From assembly GCA_004431415.1 (NCBI GenBank), contig QPMI01000003.1, positions 62,001 to 126,000 on the forward strand: a DNA stretch of 64,000 nt, in the 5' to 3' direction. The first letter of the stretch is position 1. The number at the start of each line of letters is the position of its first letter. The notes under the pieces are model-generated. The model worked only from the letters and a program-made list of their open reading frames with translations, made no database searches and had not been told where the DNA came from. This stretch comes from Cyanophora paradoxa CCMP329. Its lineage: Eukaryota > Plantae > Glaucophyta. Positions 33,933 through 45,400 of this stretch are shown here, one piece after another. The position numbers were made by a program, and so were the translations under genes.

Positions 33933-36249
33933 AGCTCCTCGGGGGTGGGCGGCGGGGGCGGCGGGACGTACTCCTCGGCCAGCAGCACGATCGAGTCGCC
34001 GCGCAGCTCCGCCGCGCCGGCCGCCAGCAGCGGCGCGCCCAGCACGGCGGCCCGCGGGACGAAGAGCGGCGCGCCCGGCTCGCCGGCGGGGCCCGGCTCG
34101 GGCTCGCGGCGGAGCGGGTTCCAGGACTGGAAGGCGGCGGGGTCGGGCGCGGGGAGGGGAAGGCGTCGAGGCGGCCGGCGCAGTTGCCCGTGTAGAGGTC
34201 GTAGAGGATGGCGTCGCCGTCGGCGGAGACGGCGAGGCCGAGGGGCGCGTCCCGGTCCACGGTCGCCGCGAAGGCGATCGGGCCCACGCTCTCCGCCCGC
34301 TCCACCGGCGCCATCGGCTCCGACGGCCTCTCCGCCGCTGCGGCCGCGGCGGCGGCGGCGGCGGAGGCGGAGGCGGCGAAGGCGCCGGTGGAGGCGGCGG
34401 CCGCCGCCGCTTTGGACGTGGAGGCGGCGGCGTTGATGTGGGGTGCGGCGCCACCGCCGGCGCTGCTGACGGTGCTGTTGGCGAGGGAGCGCCGCGGGCC
34501 GCCGGTGCCGCCGCCAGCGCCCAGGGCGCGGGCGGTGGAGGCGAGGGCGCCGCCGGCGGCGAGGTTGCGGCTGGAGCCGAGGCGGCGGTTCGAGCCGGAG
34601 ACGCTGCCCGAGGCGACCTGGAGGGGCACCTTCGGGGGCGGGGCGAGGACGGGCGGGGGGCCGGCGGCGGGGTCGAGGTCGTAGACGTGGACGCGGCCGT
34701 CGGCGGCGCCGCTGAGGAGGAAGCGGGCGCCGTGGAGGGCGAGGGCGGTCACGGCGGCGGCGTGCCGGCGGAGCGGGGGCCCGTCCAGCCCCGTGAGGGC
34801 CTCCAGCAGCAGCAGCGAGCCGTCGGCGAGGCCCAGCGCCGCGAGGCCCGTGTCCCGCGAGAGGCACGACGCCGTCACGCGGAACGGCATGCGCAGCGCC
34901 GCCTCCGCCGCCGCCGCCGGGGCCTCGCACTCGGCGCCGGGGGCGACGGCGGGGCGGGCGGCGAGGCGGAAGCGGTAGAGGGCGGGGCGGAGGGCCACCA
35001 GGCGAGGGCGCAGGCCGTCGCACGCGCCGCCGGCTGGCCCGCCCGCGGCCCTTCGCCCCAGCACGAAGTGCACCGTCGCCAGCCCCGCGGGGGCCCCGCC
35101 GCCGCCGAGGGCGCGGCCGCCGCGGCCGCCGTCGCCGGCTGGCCCGGCTGGGCGGGGGTGGCGGGCGGGGGCGCAGCGGCGCCGGCGGGGCCGGCGGGGC
35201 AGGGCGGCGGGGGCCGGGGCGGACGCGGGGGCGGAGGGGAGCGGACGGAGAGGACGAGGGTGGGGACGTTGGAGGGGGTCGCGGGGACGGCCGGCGCCGC
35301 CGCAGCCGCCGCCGCTGCCGCAGCGTCCTTCTTGGTGCCCCCGACGGCGGTGCCGGGCTTGGAGCCGGGGGCCGCCGGCTTGGCGGGGCGGCGGGGCGGC
35401 GGGGAGGGCGGAGGGTGAGGGGGGCGGGGGGCCGGCCTCGGGGAGGGGGCGAGGGCGGCGCGGGGGCGAAGGCGGGGAAGGCGGGGAGGCGGTAGACCTC
35501 GAGGCCGCCGTCCTCGTAGGAGACGGAGAGGAAGGCGCCGTCCGGGGCGAAGGCGAGGGCCCCGGGCGCCCGCCCCGTCCCCGCCTGCAGCGCCGCCAGC
35601 AGCGTGAACGGCTCCTCGGACTCCTGCAGGTGGTACGCCGCGAGGAGCAGCACCCGCCCCGAGGCCGTCCCCGCCGCCAGCGCGTTGCAGCCCGGCGCCA
35701 GGTTGCACACCGCCATGCAGAGCACGCGGTCCGGGCCGGCGCCGGGGGCAGCCGCCGCCGCCGCCGGCAGCGTGTAACGCTTCACCGTCCGCCGCCTCGC
35801 CACGTCGAGCGCTGCGCGTGGCGGGCGTGTCGGGTCGAGGGCGGGGGCGCCGCGCGGCAGCCAGGGCGCGGCGGACCGTGGATCTCGCCCTCGACGCTCG
35901 CCGCGAAGATGATCGGGGAGCGCTCGCCGGTGCCCGAGATGGCGGCGACGGGCGCCGCCGGCGCCTCCTCCCACTTGAACGACGAGGGCCACACGCGCAT
36001 CTGCTGCTTGAGGAGCAGCGGGTCCTTGCGCAGGTTCGGGTCGGGCGGAGGGAAGTAGATGCGCTCCGAAGCGTCGATGGACTCCTCCACCAGCTGCTTC
36101 ACGAGCACGGAGACCATGCGGTACGGCTGCGGCAGCGGGTCGTCCGTCGTGTCGGGGTCCAAGTACTCCCAGAGCGACACGAGCGGCCGGTGCGTGCTCT
36201 GCGCCGCCGCAGCGCCCGACCCGGCTGGCCCGTAGCCGCGTCGGGCCAT
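33005..36249 (-). CDS. WDR93: WD repeat protein WDR93/CFAP297-like (ciliary)
   Basis: N-terminal DPDTTDDPLPQPYRMVSVLVKQLV matches the D.LPQP(Y/F)RM signature I recall for WDR93. WD40 repeats (LAFAPDGAFLSV; HAAAVTALALHGARFLLSGAADGRVHVYD). C-terminal coiled coil. Confidence 0.7.
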
Positions 36250-36748
36250 GGCGCCGCTGCCTGCTATGCCAGAGTTAGCTAGAGCTATTCAAAGCCTCAA
36301 CTACGATGCCGCGGTCGTGTTTGATGGGATTGTAAGTCGCTGGGGGCGCGCCGGGGCTGGGCTCAATTGGGTGCAGGCCCGGGTACAAGCAATTGGGACG
36401 GGCTCATTTCGGCCCCGGCCAAGCAGCCCTCCTGCGGCCATAGCAGCGTGTCTCTGCGTGCTTGCGATACTGAACCACACCGCCCCGCCTGTAGACTTCG
36501 AGCAGTGGAGGTGGCTCCGACCGCGGGGCAGCAGCGCCTCGGCGCACCCTTCGCGTGGGGCGAGCGTGCACTGCATCCCCGTAACTCCGTTACCGACCCC
36601 GAGCCGCACAGCTGACAGGTGCAGGATTAAGCGCCCAGCTGGCAGGGCTTGTGCAGCCAGCATTCAGCAGTGCTCTGGGCGCAGGAATAGAGTAGTCTAA
36701 GAGCACAGGAACACAGGAACAGCCGCGGGCCTCCCCGCTCGCCCGGCC

Positions 36749-39700
36749 ATGGTAGTCGCGGCGGATGCCGATGCAGCGAGGGCGGGGCTGCACTCCGAGA
36801 TGCAGGGCCTCGAGAAAGAGTTCCTGGGCAAGCTCGGGAAGGCGCCGCAGCCTTCAGCACAGCCCGTTCCGGCGCTGAGGATACCGAAGGCGCCGCAGAG
36901 CTCCCCGCCCAGGAGCCACCGGCCCCGCACCGCCTCCACGCACCGTCCGCGGGAGGCAACGCCGAGCGTGCGCACCCCCATACCCGTGCCTCGGCGTCTG
37001 CCGCGTGCTGAGGGGCGGGACAGGGCATGTTCGTCGAGATGGAGCGTGACAGGAAGCTCAGCTACGACGCCAGTGCGCAGCGCCTCGCCCCGTGGGCTTC
37101 GTACGTCGCTGACCTCCCGCAGTCATCTCGACGCTGCATCCGCCGACGCTGCAGCCGAGGCCGCCGACGGCGCCCCCGGGGGGGAAGCGGCCGCCGACGG
37201 CCTCGTCGTCGCGGCGGCCGCCGACGGCCTCGTCAGCGCAGCGGCCGGCGTCGGCGCGGGGCGAGGGCGCGCTGCCGAGCTTCCTGCAGGAGGAGCACTA
37301 CGTGAAGCTGAGGCAGGAGTCCGCCACGGCCGAGCGCACCCTCCTGGACATCAAGGCCCGCCCGCCCGCCCGCGCCGCCGCCCCAGCCGCGCAGAGCGCC
37401 GGGCGAGGCGGGGCGGGGCAGGTGGAGAAGGAGCTGCGGCTGGTGCCGAACCACGGGACGCTGGACCACTACCACGCCTCGGACTCCACATTCTGCACCG
37501 CCTGCCAGGCCCGCCCGCCCCCCCGCCCCCCTCGCGCCCGCCCCGCCCCGCTGAGTCGAGCCCGGCGCCGCAGATGCGGTCGTGGTTCTTCCGGCCGATC
37601 TCGAAGCGGGCGAAGAAGGGGGACCCGCTGGGGGGCCTGACCCCCCGCCAGGTCCGGCGCCACGCCGCCGCCCTCAGTGCGCCCCCCGCCCCGCCCGCCC
37701 CCCCGCGCCAGCTGCCGCCGGGGCCGACCTCGCGGCGCAGTCGTGCAGGCGGCGCTGCAGACGAACCTGGCGAAGGCGCAGCTGCGGCAGCTGCGGCTGG
37801 AGGCGCACGCGGCGCACATCCTCCACAGCGTCCTCCGCTTCCACCACCTCATCGCCTCGCTCATGCGCTACCGCCGCTGGAACCACGCGCGCCCCCTCCC
37901 CGCCCCCTGCGCTGCGCTCCGCTGCAGCTGACGTCCCACAGTGGCGGCGCTCCGCGGCGATCAAGATCCAGCGCTTCTGGCGGCGCTACAGGCGGCGCCT
38001 CATGCGCGAGTGCGGCGCCCCGCCCCGCCCCCCGCCCCCCGCCTCTGTGCTCCTCAACGCTGGGGGCAGGATCAAGGTGTACGCGCGGTTCCGGCGGGCG
38101 ATGCTGGCGTGGCGGCAGCGGGCGAAGCACACGCGGGACGTCCTGGAGTCGGCGGTCAAGATCCAGGGATTCATGCGGCGCTACCGGCGGATGCAGCGCT
38201 GGCACCGCGGCGTCAACCGCATCGTCTGGCGCGCCAACAACCGCGCCACCAAGATCCAGGCCGTCGTCCGCGGCTGGCTCGCCCGCCGCCGCTACTACAG
38301 GGAGCACATCCGCCCGAAGGAGATCGCGGCGCGGCTGGCGCGCAAGTGGCGCAACAAGGTCGTCGTCAACAAGTTCAGGCGGCTGCACGGGGAGCTCGCG
38401 GAGCGCGTGCGGCAGGCGGCGATCGTGCTGCAGAAGCACTACCGCGGCTGGGTCGCCCGGCGGAGGGTGCAGCGCATGCGCGAGGAGGCGGCGGCGGCGC
38501 GGGTGCAAGCCGTCGAGCGGATGCGCCTCGCCCGCAAGGAGCTCGCGAGGCTCCGCCTCCTCCGGGTGCGAGCGGAGGGCGCCTCCCCTCGTGTCCTTTC
38601 CTCGCGCTCACGCGCGGCCCGCCGGGGGCAGTACCTGGGCGGCTTCGCGACGAAGATGCAGGCCGTCGCGCGCTGCTTCCTCGTCCGTAGCCACATCGCC
38701 GCCCGTGCGCCCCCCGGGCCTTTCCTCTCCCCCTCGCTCCTTTTCGAGCGGGGGGGGCGGGGCAGTGCGGTGGGCGGTGGCGCTGGCCGAGCACGCGTAC
38801 CGGAGGAAGAAGCTCAAGAAGCAGCTCGCCCGCCTCCGCGCCGCCGTGCGCCCCTCCGCGCCCCCCCGCGCCCGCCCGTCTGAGGCGGGGGCAGGCGGAG
38901 GCGCGGGTGCTGGAGCTGCTGCGGACGTCGATCCCGGAGGCGGTGAAGGTGCCCCGCCTCGAGGGCGTCTTCTGCCGCGAGTCAGCCATCCTCTTCGCCG
39001 CCGACCAGGCCCGCCCCGCCCCGCCGCGCCCCCGCCCCGCCCCCGCCCCCACCCCGCTGAGCGGGCCGCGCCCTGCCCGCAGGCGCGCATGCTGGAGCTC
39101 ATCCTCGACCACCGCTCCGAGTACCGCGTCGGTCCGCACCGCCCGCCCGCCGGCGGCGCCCCGGCCCGGCGGCGGCCTCGGGAGCGGGGCTGACGGGCGG
39201 GGCGGGCAGTGTACGTGACGTACCTGATGGGGGGCGCGACGACGGCGGAGGGGGCCTTCCGCCTCAACTCGCGCTCCTGGACCCGCCTCATGGACGACGC
39301 CGCCGTCTCCAACCGCACCCGCGTCCGCCCCCCGCCCCAGCGCCGTCCTCCGCCCCCCCGGGCCTCTGGCCGAGCCGGGCGCAGGCGGTGGACCGCGCCG
39401 GCCTCGCCACCATCTTCGTCTCCGCCAACCGGCCCATGGGGCCCGTCCGCACCGTGCGCCCCCCGCCGCTCCTCCGGGCGGCTGCGGCCCGGCCCGACGC
39501 TCCCCTCGCCCCAGTTCGACGGGGACAACGTGCCGGAGCCGGGGCTGACGCTGGGCGTGATCGGAAACACGAAGGCGCGGCGGCCGTCGATGGGCCTGCC
39601 CCCGGGGGCCCCCGGCAGCGGCACCGCCCCCGTCTCCGAGTACGCCTCGCTCACCTTCGAGGACTTCCTCGAAGCCCTGGTACCCCCCTTCTTCTCTTCC

Positions 39701-40563
39701 CCCGCGCCGAATCCCCTCCCGACCCTCCCGCCAGGTCCGCGTGTCGGTGTGCCTGTACCCCAAGCTCGACATCCGCCCCGGGGCCTCGCTCGCCGTCATG
39801 GTGCGCGCCCCGCCCCTTCTTCTTCGCCGCCATCCCCCCTGACGCGCGGGGGCAGCGGATGGCGAAGCTGACGGCGGAGCACATCGGGCCGCTGGCGGCG
39901 AAGTGCTTCGTGCAGTTCGAGGCGGCCTGGAAGCGCGAGCCCTTCGAGGACGCCGACTACAACATACGGGTCCGCTCCCCGCCGGCGAGCTCGGGCGGGC
40001 GGGCGGGCGGGGGCTGAGGGCGCGCAGGCGTGCTTCGCGGCGAACGAGCGGGAGCTGCGCAAGGTCTTCAAGACCTTCGCGACGCCGCCCCCGGCGCAGA
40101 ACGTCGTCGTGGGGCCGGCCACCATCACGCCGGCCCCGGCCCCCGCCGAGGGCGCCCCGCGGCGGCGGCCCTCGGCGACGCCGCCGGCCTCGTTCGCGGG
40201 GCTGGCGGAGCGGGCGAACGCGCTCTCGATCGGGCAGTTCCTGAACATCCTGCGCGTCTCGAACGCGATCGGGGCGAGCCTGAGCTACTCAGCGGCGATG
40301 CGGGCCTTCGTCTTCGCGAACAAGGCGGAGCTGGGGTCGTACATCTACGGCGGGGCGGCCTCCCCCGGCGGCCTCACCGCCCGCATGAACATGGAGTGCG
40401 CGCCCCGCGGCCCCGGGCCTCGCCGCCTGGGGCTGACGGGGGCGGGCGGGGCAGCTTCGGGGCCTTCAAGGAGGCGATCTGCTGGTGCTCGGCGGGGAGC
40501 CCCGACGAGGTCACCTCCGACACCGTCCGCTCCCTCCTCGCCCGCGTCCTCCGCGCCGTCTAG
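36749..40563 (+). CDS. Multi-IQ-motif (calmodulin-binding) protein with EF-hand-like C-terminal helices, possibly flagellar
   Basis: AAIKIQRFWRRY, AVKIQGFMRRY, ATKIQAVVRGWLARR, AIVLQKHYRGWVARR, ATKMQAVARCF; LTFEDFLEALVRV near the C-terminus. The start codon is uncertain. Confidence 0.75.
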
Positions 40564-41049
40564 CCCCCCTCCGCCCCAGCCCGGGCCCCCGTCTCCCCGC
40601 CCCCCTCCGCACCCCCACCCCCACCCCCTCTGCCATAGCTAATTTATCGCCGATCGCAATGACAAATGACTTGCCTAAAAGTTGGCCCATGACCAGTATA
40701 CGTAGTGGAAGTTGGTGAACGACGTGAACTTCGTCGTGAATCCGAAGCTTGAAGTCCCGCGCGCCAGCCGCGGCGCCAATTTGCAAATTGAAGCCTAGGC
40801 CTGGAACTTCGGAACGGCGGCAACGCCGGCCGCGGGAAGCCTTAAAGCTTGAAGAATTTAAGTCCGCATGAATTCGAAGCTCAGATCTGTTGGAACGCTC
40901 GAAAAATATCATGTGATCATCGGATATTGCAATTGCAGCTGCAGTACTAGTACTAGTGAGATCGATCATGCCATGATGACATGACATCGATATCGATTCG
41001 AATTCATGACCACGTGCCACGGTGCGGCGTGCCAACAGTGCCCAACACT

Positions 41050-41584
41050 TAGGACCGTGGACCGGGCCGGGCCGACCCGGGTCGACCCGGTCGGGTCGGC
41101 CAGGCAAGCGGGTCGATCGGGCCGACCTCCCGACCCGGGTCAGACCCGATCCGGGCCCGAACCGGGTCAAGACCCGGGCCGGAGGGTCTTGGGTACACCC
41201 TTGGGGACCGTTCTCCACCTTTCTGAAGTGTTGATAAATGCTGAGATCTTCGTCTATATAACACTTATATGTCGCACAGATGCATGCAGATGTACATGTA
41301 CAGTGGACGTGGCTGCTTGATGGAATATACGTACCCCCCGAAACAGCAGAAGTTCGTTTCCGGAGCGCATAATGCATCTAGATATTGCAATTATTGCATC
41401 TGTATAATGTATCTGCTGCATTGTAGCACGTTTTTGATGTAATTCATCACGTTTGCGGTGTTCTTTCGGTCGAGGGCGGGATCGAAGTACGCCCCCTGGG
41501 CCGACCCGGGTCGACCCGGTCGGGTCGGCCGGGCGAGCGGGTCGGGTCGATCGGGCCGACCCCCCAACCCGGTCCACGCCCCTA
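41050..41584. mobile_element. Non-autonomous hAT-type DNA transposon (MITE), 535 bp
   Basis: TIRs TAGGACCGTGGACCGGG (41050-66) and reverse complement TAGGGGCGTGGACCGGG (41568-84), 15/17 match. Perfect 8-bp TSD CCAACACT at 41042-49 and 41585-92. Subterminal CCGACCCG/CGGGTCG arrays at both ends. Confidence 0.9.
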
Positions 41585-42470
41585 CCAACACTGCCAAGCA
41601 CCGGGTGTGTCCGACGGTGTCCGGAGTCTCCGGGGCTCCGGAGGACCGGAGCCTCCGGAATCCGGATCGGACGTCGACGACTTGACGCCGAGCTTCGTCG
41701 ACGCCGACTCGACGCCGAGACTGGCCGAGTCGACGGTCGAGTCCGGGGACTCCGGCGATCCGGGCCCTCCGGGGTCGACAGTGACTCGCCGAGTCGACAC
41801 CGCGGCGCGGCGGCCGGCGCCGGTCCCAGGAACCAAGTTTGGATCAACGGAACACGCGCGAGGATAAGGGAAAGAGCACTTTTTTCCTGGAAAGAGAGGG
41901 ATACGTCAAATTTGAGGTTGGAAACTGGCAGGGATACGCTGAATGCGCTGCAGGTCCGGATTGGCGCGCCGCTAGCTTCCGTTCCGATCCAGCAGATCAG
42001 CTGCAGCTGCTCCTGGTCGCTCACGCACCAAGCTCGAGCTCAACAGCAGCTGGAACGCTAGGTGCGGGAACGAGCTCTCCAGCCGGCGCGCGCGGGCCAA
42101 GCTCAATCGGCCTTCGCAGTTTCGCAGCTTGGCCGGCAGCTGTCCGGAGCCTGGGCCAGGGGCAACTTCCAAAGCGCGCGAGAAAGGTGAGCATATCAGC
42201 CGTGACTACCAACGCCGACCCGCCCGCCTCGCGCCAGTCCGACCAGGCGCCTACGCCCTGCCATCGTTCCCTCAGCTAATCGGCGCCAGGTTGCGAAGTG
42301 GGCCATTTGCGCAGGACTGGTCTTGCAAGGCATAGACATCTGATCTTCAGGGGCGAGCGCACGCGGACTCCGGGAGGGCAAGGCCGCGACCAAAACAGCA
42401 CCGCGGGCAGCAGCGCAGGGGCGGATGCGAAGCAACTAGTCGCTCTCCGGTTGAAGCTCAAGCAGGCGCC

Positions 42471-45400
42471 ATGCGGGGCAACAGGCTTGCCTCCGTGTCC
42501 AGCGTGGTACGGAGGTCGAGCAACAACGGCCCGAGCGACATGAAGAGCGTGCGCTCGGCGGCGAACAGCGCGAGCGGCGGCGGCGGCTCCGGCTCGCTCT
42601 TCAGCGCGCTCGGCAAGGAGGACAGCGACAGCGGCTTCTCCCAAAAGCAGCTGGAGGTGCGGGCCCCGCCTTGCTGCCGCCCCGGCCCCCCCGAGCTTCG
42701 CCCGACCGCCGCCCCGGCGCCCCGCAGGAGGCGATCTTCTCCGTGCTCTTCGTCATGCGGCGACAGGGCAAGGCCAGCTTCCGCCTCTCCCTCCTCAACT
42801 ACATTCTCGTCCGCCCCGCCCCGCCCCGCCCCGCCCCGCCCCGCCCCGCCGCGCGGGGCGGCCGACGGGGGCGGGGGCGCAGGACTTCCTGCAGCTGATG
42901 GCGTTCCCGCTGGACGCGCGCTTCAACTGGAGCCGGCCGCCGTACGTGGACAACGTGCTGCGCGGCGTCCTCTCCGTCGTCCCCTACAACTTCCTCGACA
43001 CGAGCCCCTACCAGGTCTACATGATCGTCTTCGGTCCGCCGTCCCGCCCGCTGATCCGCCCGTCCGCCCGCCCCCGGGCCCCTCCTCACGGCCCCGCGCC
43101 CCGCCAGGCATCGTGATCGCCCTCGTCACGATCTCGTTCGCCAACGCCATGTGGGTCCTACAGGTCCGGCCCTTCGCCCCAATTCCCGCGCCGCCCAACC
43201 GCGCGCACCCTGACGCGCCCCGCAGAACTTCCGAAAGAACAAGCGCGCCCCGCCCCGCCCGCACGCCTGCCCGCCTGCCCGCTGAGCGCCCCCGCAGGTT
43301 CCCGTACATCTGGCCCATCAAGATGCTCAAGTGCGTCGCTTCCGCCCCGCCCCGGCAGCTCGCAGGGGCGCCCCCTCACCCCGCCCCCGCGCCCCCGCAG
43401 GATCGTCATCGCAGTGTTCTTCCAGGCGCGCCGCCCCGCCCCGCGCCCGCCCCGCGCGCCCCTGACTCCGCCCCGCAGTCGCTGTACCTCTCCACCGTCT
43501 CCATCCTCCTCCGCACGCTCGACTGCGACTACATCGGCGAGAACGTGCGCCCGCCCGCGCTCCCCGCCCGGCCCCGCCCCGCCGCCGCCGCCGCCGCCGA
43601 CCGGCGCGCGCGCAGCCGCCATACACGCTGCGGCAGTACGACGACGTGCAGTGCTGGGGGATGCCGAACGCGATCCTCTCGATCGTGGCGATCGTGGCGA
43701 CGATCTGCGTCATGTTCTTCGCCATCGCCCTGGCCGTCATCGACGTCGAGCCGAACCCGGGGACGGACGACATCCAGGCGACCGCCTCCTCGATGGTCAA
43801 CGTGCAGTCCATCTTCGGGCGCGTCCTCATCGTCCTCTCCTCCGTCTTCCTCTACCGCTACCCGCACCTCCTCGCCCTCGTCCACCTCACCATCAACGGC
43901 GTCATCGGGTGGAAGATCTACGCGCACCTCCCCCACTACGACTGGCGCGTCAACTCCGTCCGTGCCGCCGCCCAGATCGTCGTCTCGTGGACCTGCGCCG
44001 CCGCCTTCGCGATGTACTTCCTCCCGTCCCTCGTGCGCCTCCCCCGGGGCCCCGCCGCGCGCCCCCCGCCTCGCCGGCTCACGCGCCCGCGGCGCAGTCG
44101 CTGATCCTGTCGATCGTGTACGTGGTGGGGATCCTGCCCGTCGCCTACGTCGTCTTCTTCTTCACGAGGAAGCGCTTCCTGAAGCTGTGCAACATCAACC
44201 TGGTGGGGACGGACATCAACGGGGCCCCCGCCTACTTCGGGCCCCTCGACCGCCCCGAGCACGTGGAGATCGCGGCGCGCTTCGTGCGGGACGCGTACGA
44301 CGCGAAGACGGACGAGACGGACCAGAGCGTCGTGGAGCGCGCCGACGCCGTCTACCAGCAGGGCCTGAAGCTCTACCCCAAGTCCGCCCCCGTCTACCTC
44401 GCCTACTCCAACTACCTCAAGGCCCGCCCCCTCCCCGCCGCCGCCCCGAGCGCGGCGCCTCGCGCCTGACGCGGGCGGCAGGCGTTCAAGGACAACCAGC
44501 AGCTGGAGTTCACGTACGTGGACCGCTCGCGGCACCTCCCGCTCGACTTCTCCCTCCGCTACGCCATCTTCCGCAAGGACCGGGAGAAGGAGCAGAGCTC
44601 GCGCTCGGACGGCGGCGAGGGCGGCATGGACCTCGTGAGCTACGTCGAGTTCCAGAAGCAGCTCAAGGCCGCCAAGGAGGGCCACTTCAAGGTGCCCGGA
44701 ACTGCCGCAAACCGGCCTCTTTTCCGCCCCCGCCCGCCCGCCCGTGCCCGGGGGTGCGGGGGCTGACGGGGCGGGGCGGGGGGCCAGTGCATGCGGGCGA
44801 TGAAGCTCTTCTGGACGGTGCTGCAGGAGGACGACGAGACGGCGCTGGCGCGCCTCTCGGACATCTTCCGCCTCGTCGACACGTACGAGACGATGGCCGA
44901 CAAGAACTACACGGCGCTGCTGCAGAAGTACCCCCGCTCCATCCGCATCCTCCGCTCCTTCGGGGCCTTCGTCGAGCAGGTCAAGAACGACCCGATGACC
45001 GCCGAGGAGTACTTCAAGATGGCCGACGCCGAGGAGGAGGAGCAGTCGCGGCGCAACACGGAGATGGGCGAGGAGGGCGGCGGCGGCGGCGGCGCCATCG
45101 ACTCCCGCAACGGCGTCGTCGTCATCGGCGCCAACGAGATCATCACCAGCGTCAACGCCGTCACGTGCCGCCTCTGGGGCTACAAGCGCCAGGAGCTCGT
45201 CGGCAAGCGCATCACGTGAGCGGCCGCGAGCTCAGAGAAGCGCGGAACGGCCCTCTTGACGCCTCGCCCGCGGCAGGATGCTGATGCCGTCGCCCTTCAA
45301 GGACGACCACAACATGTACATGACCTCGTACCTGCGGACGGGGGTCGCCAAGGTGGTCAACATCCCGCGCAACGTCTTCGGGCTCCACAAGGAGGGCTAC

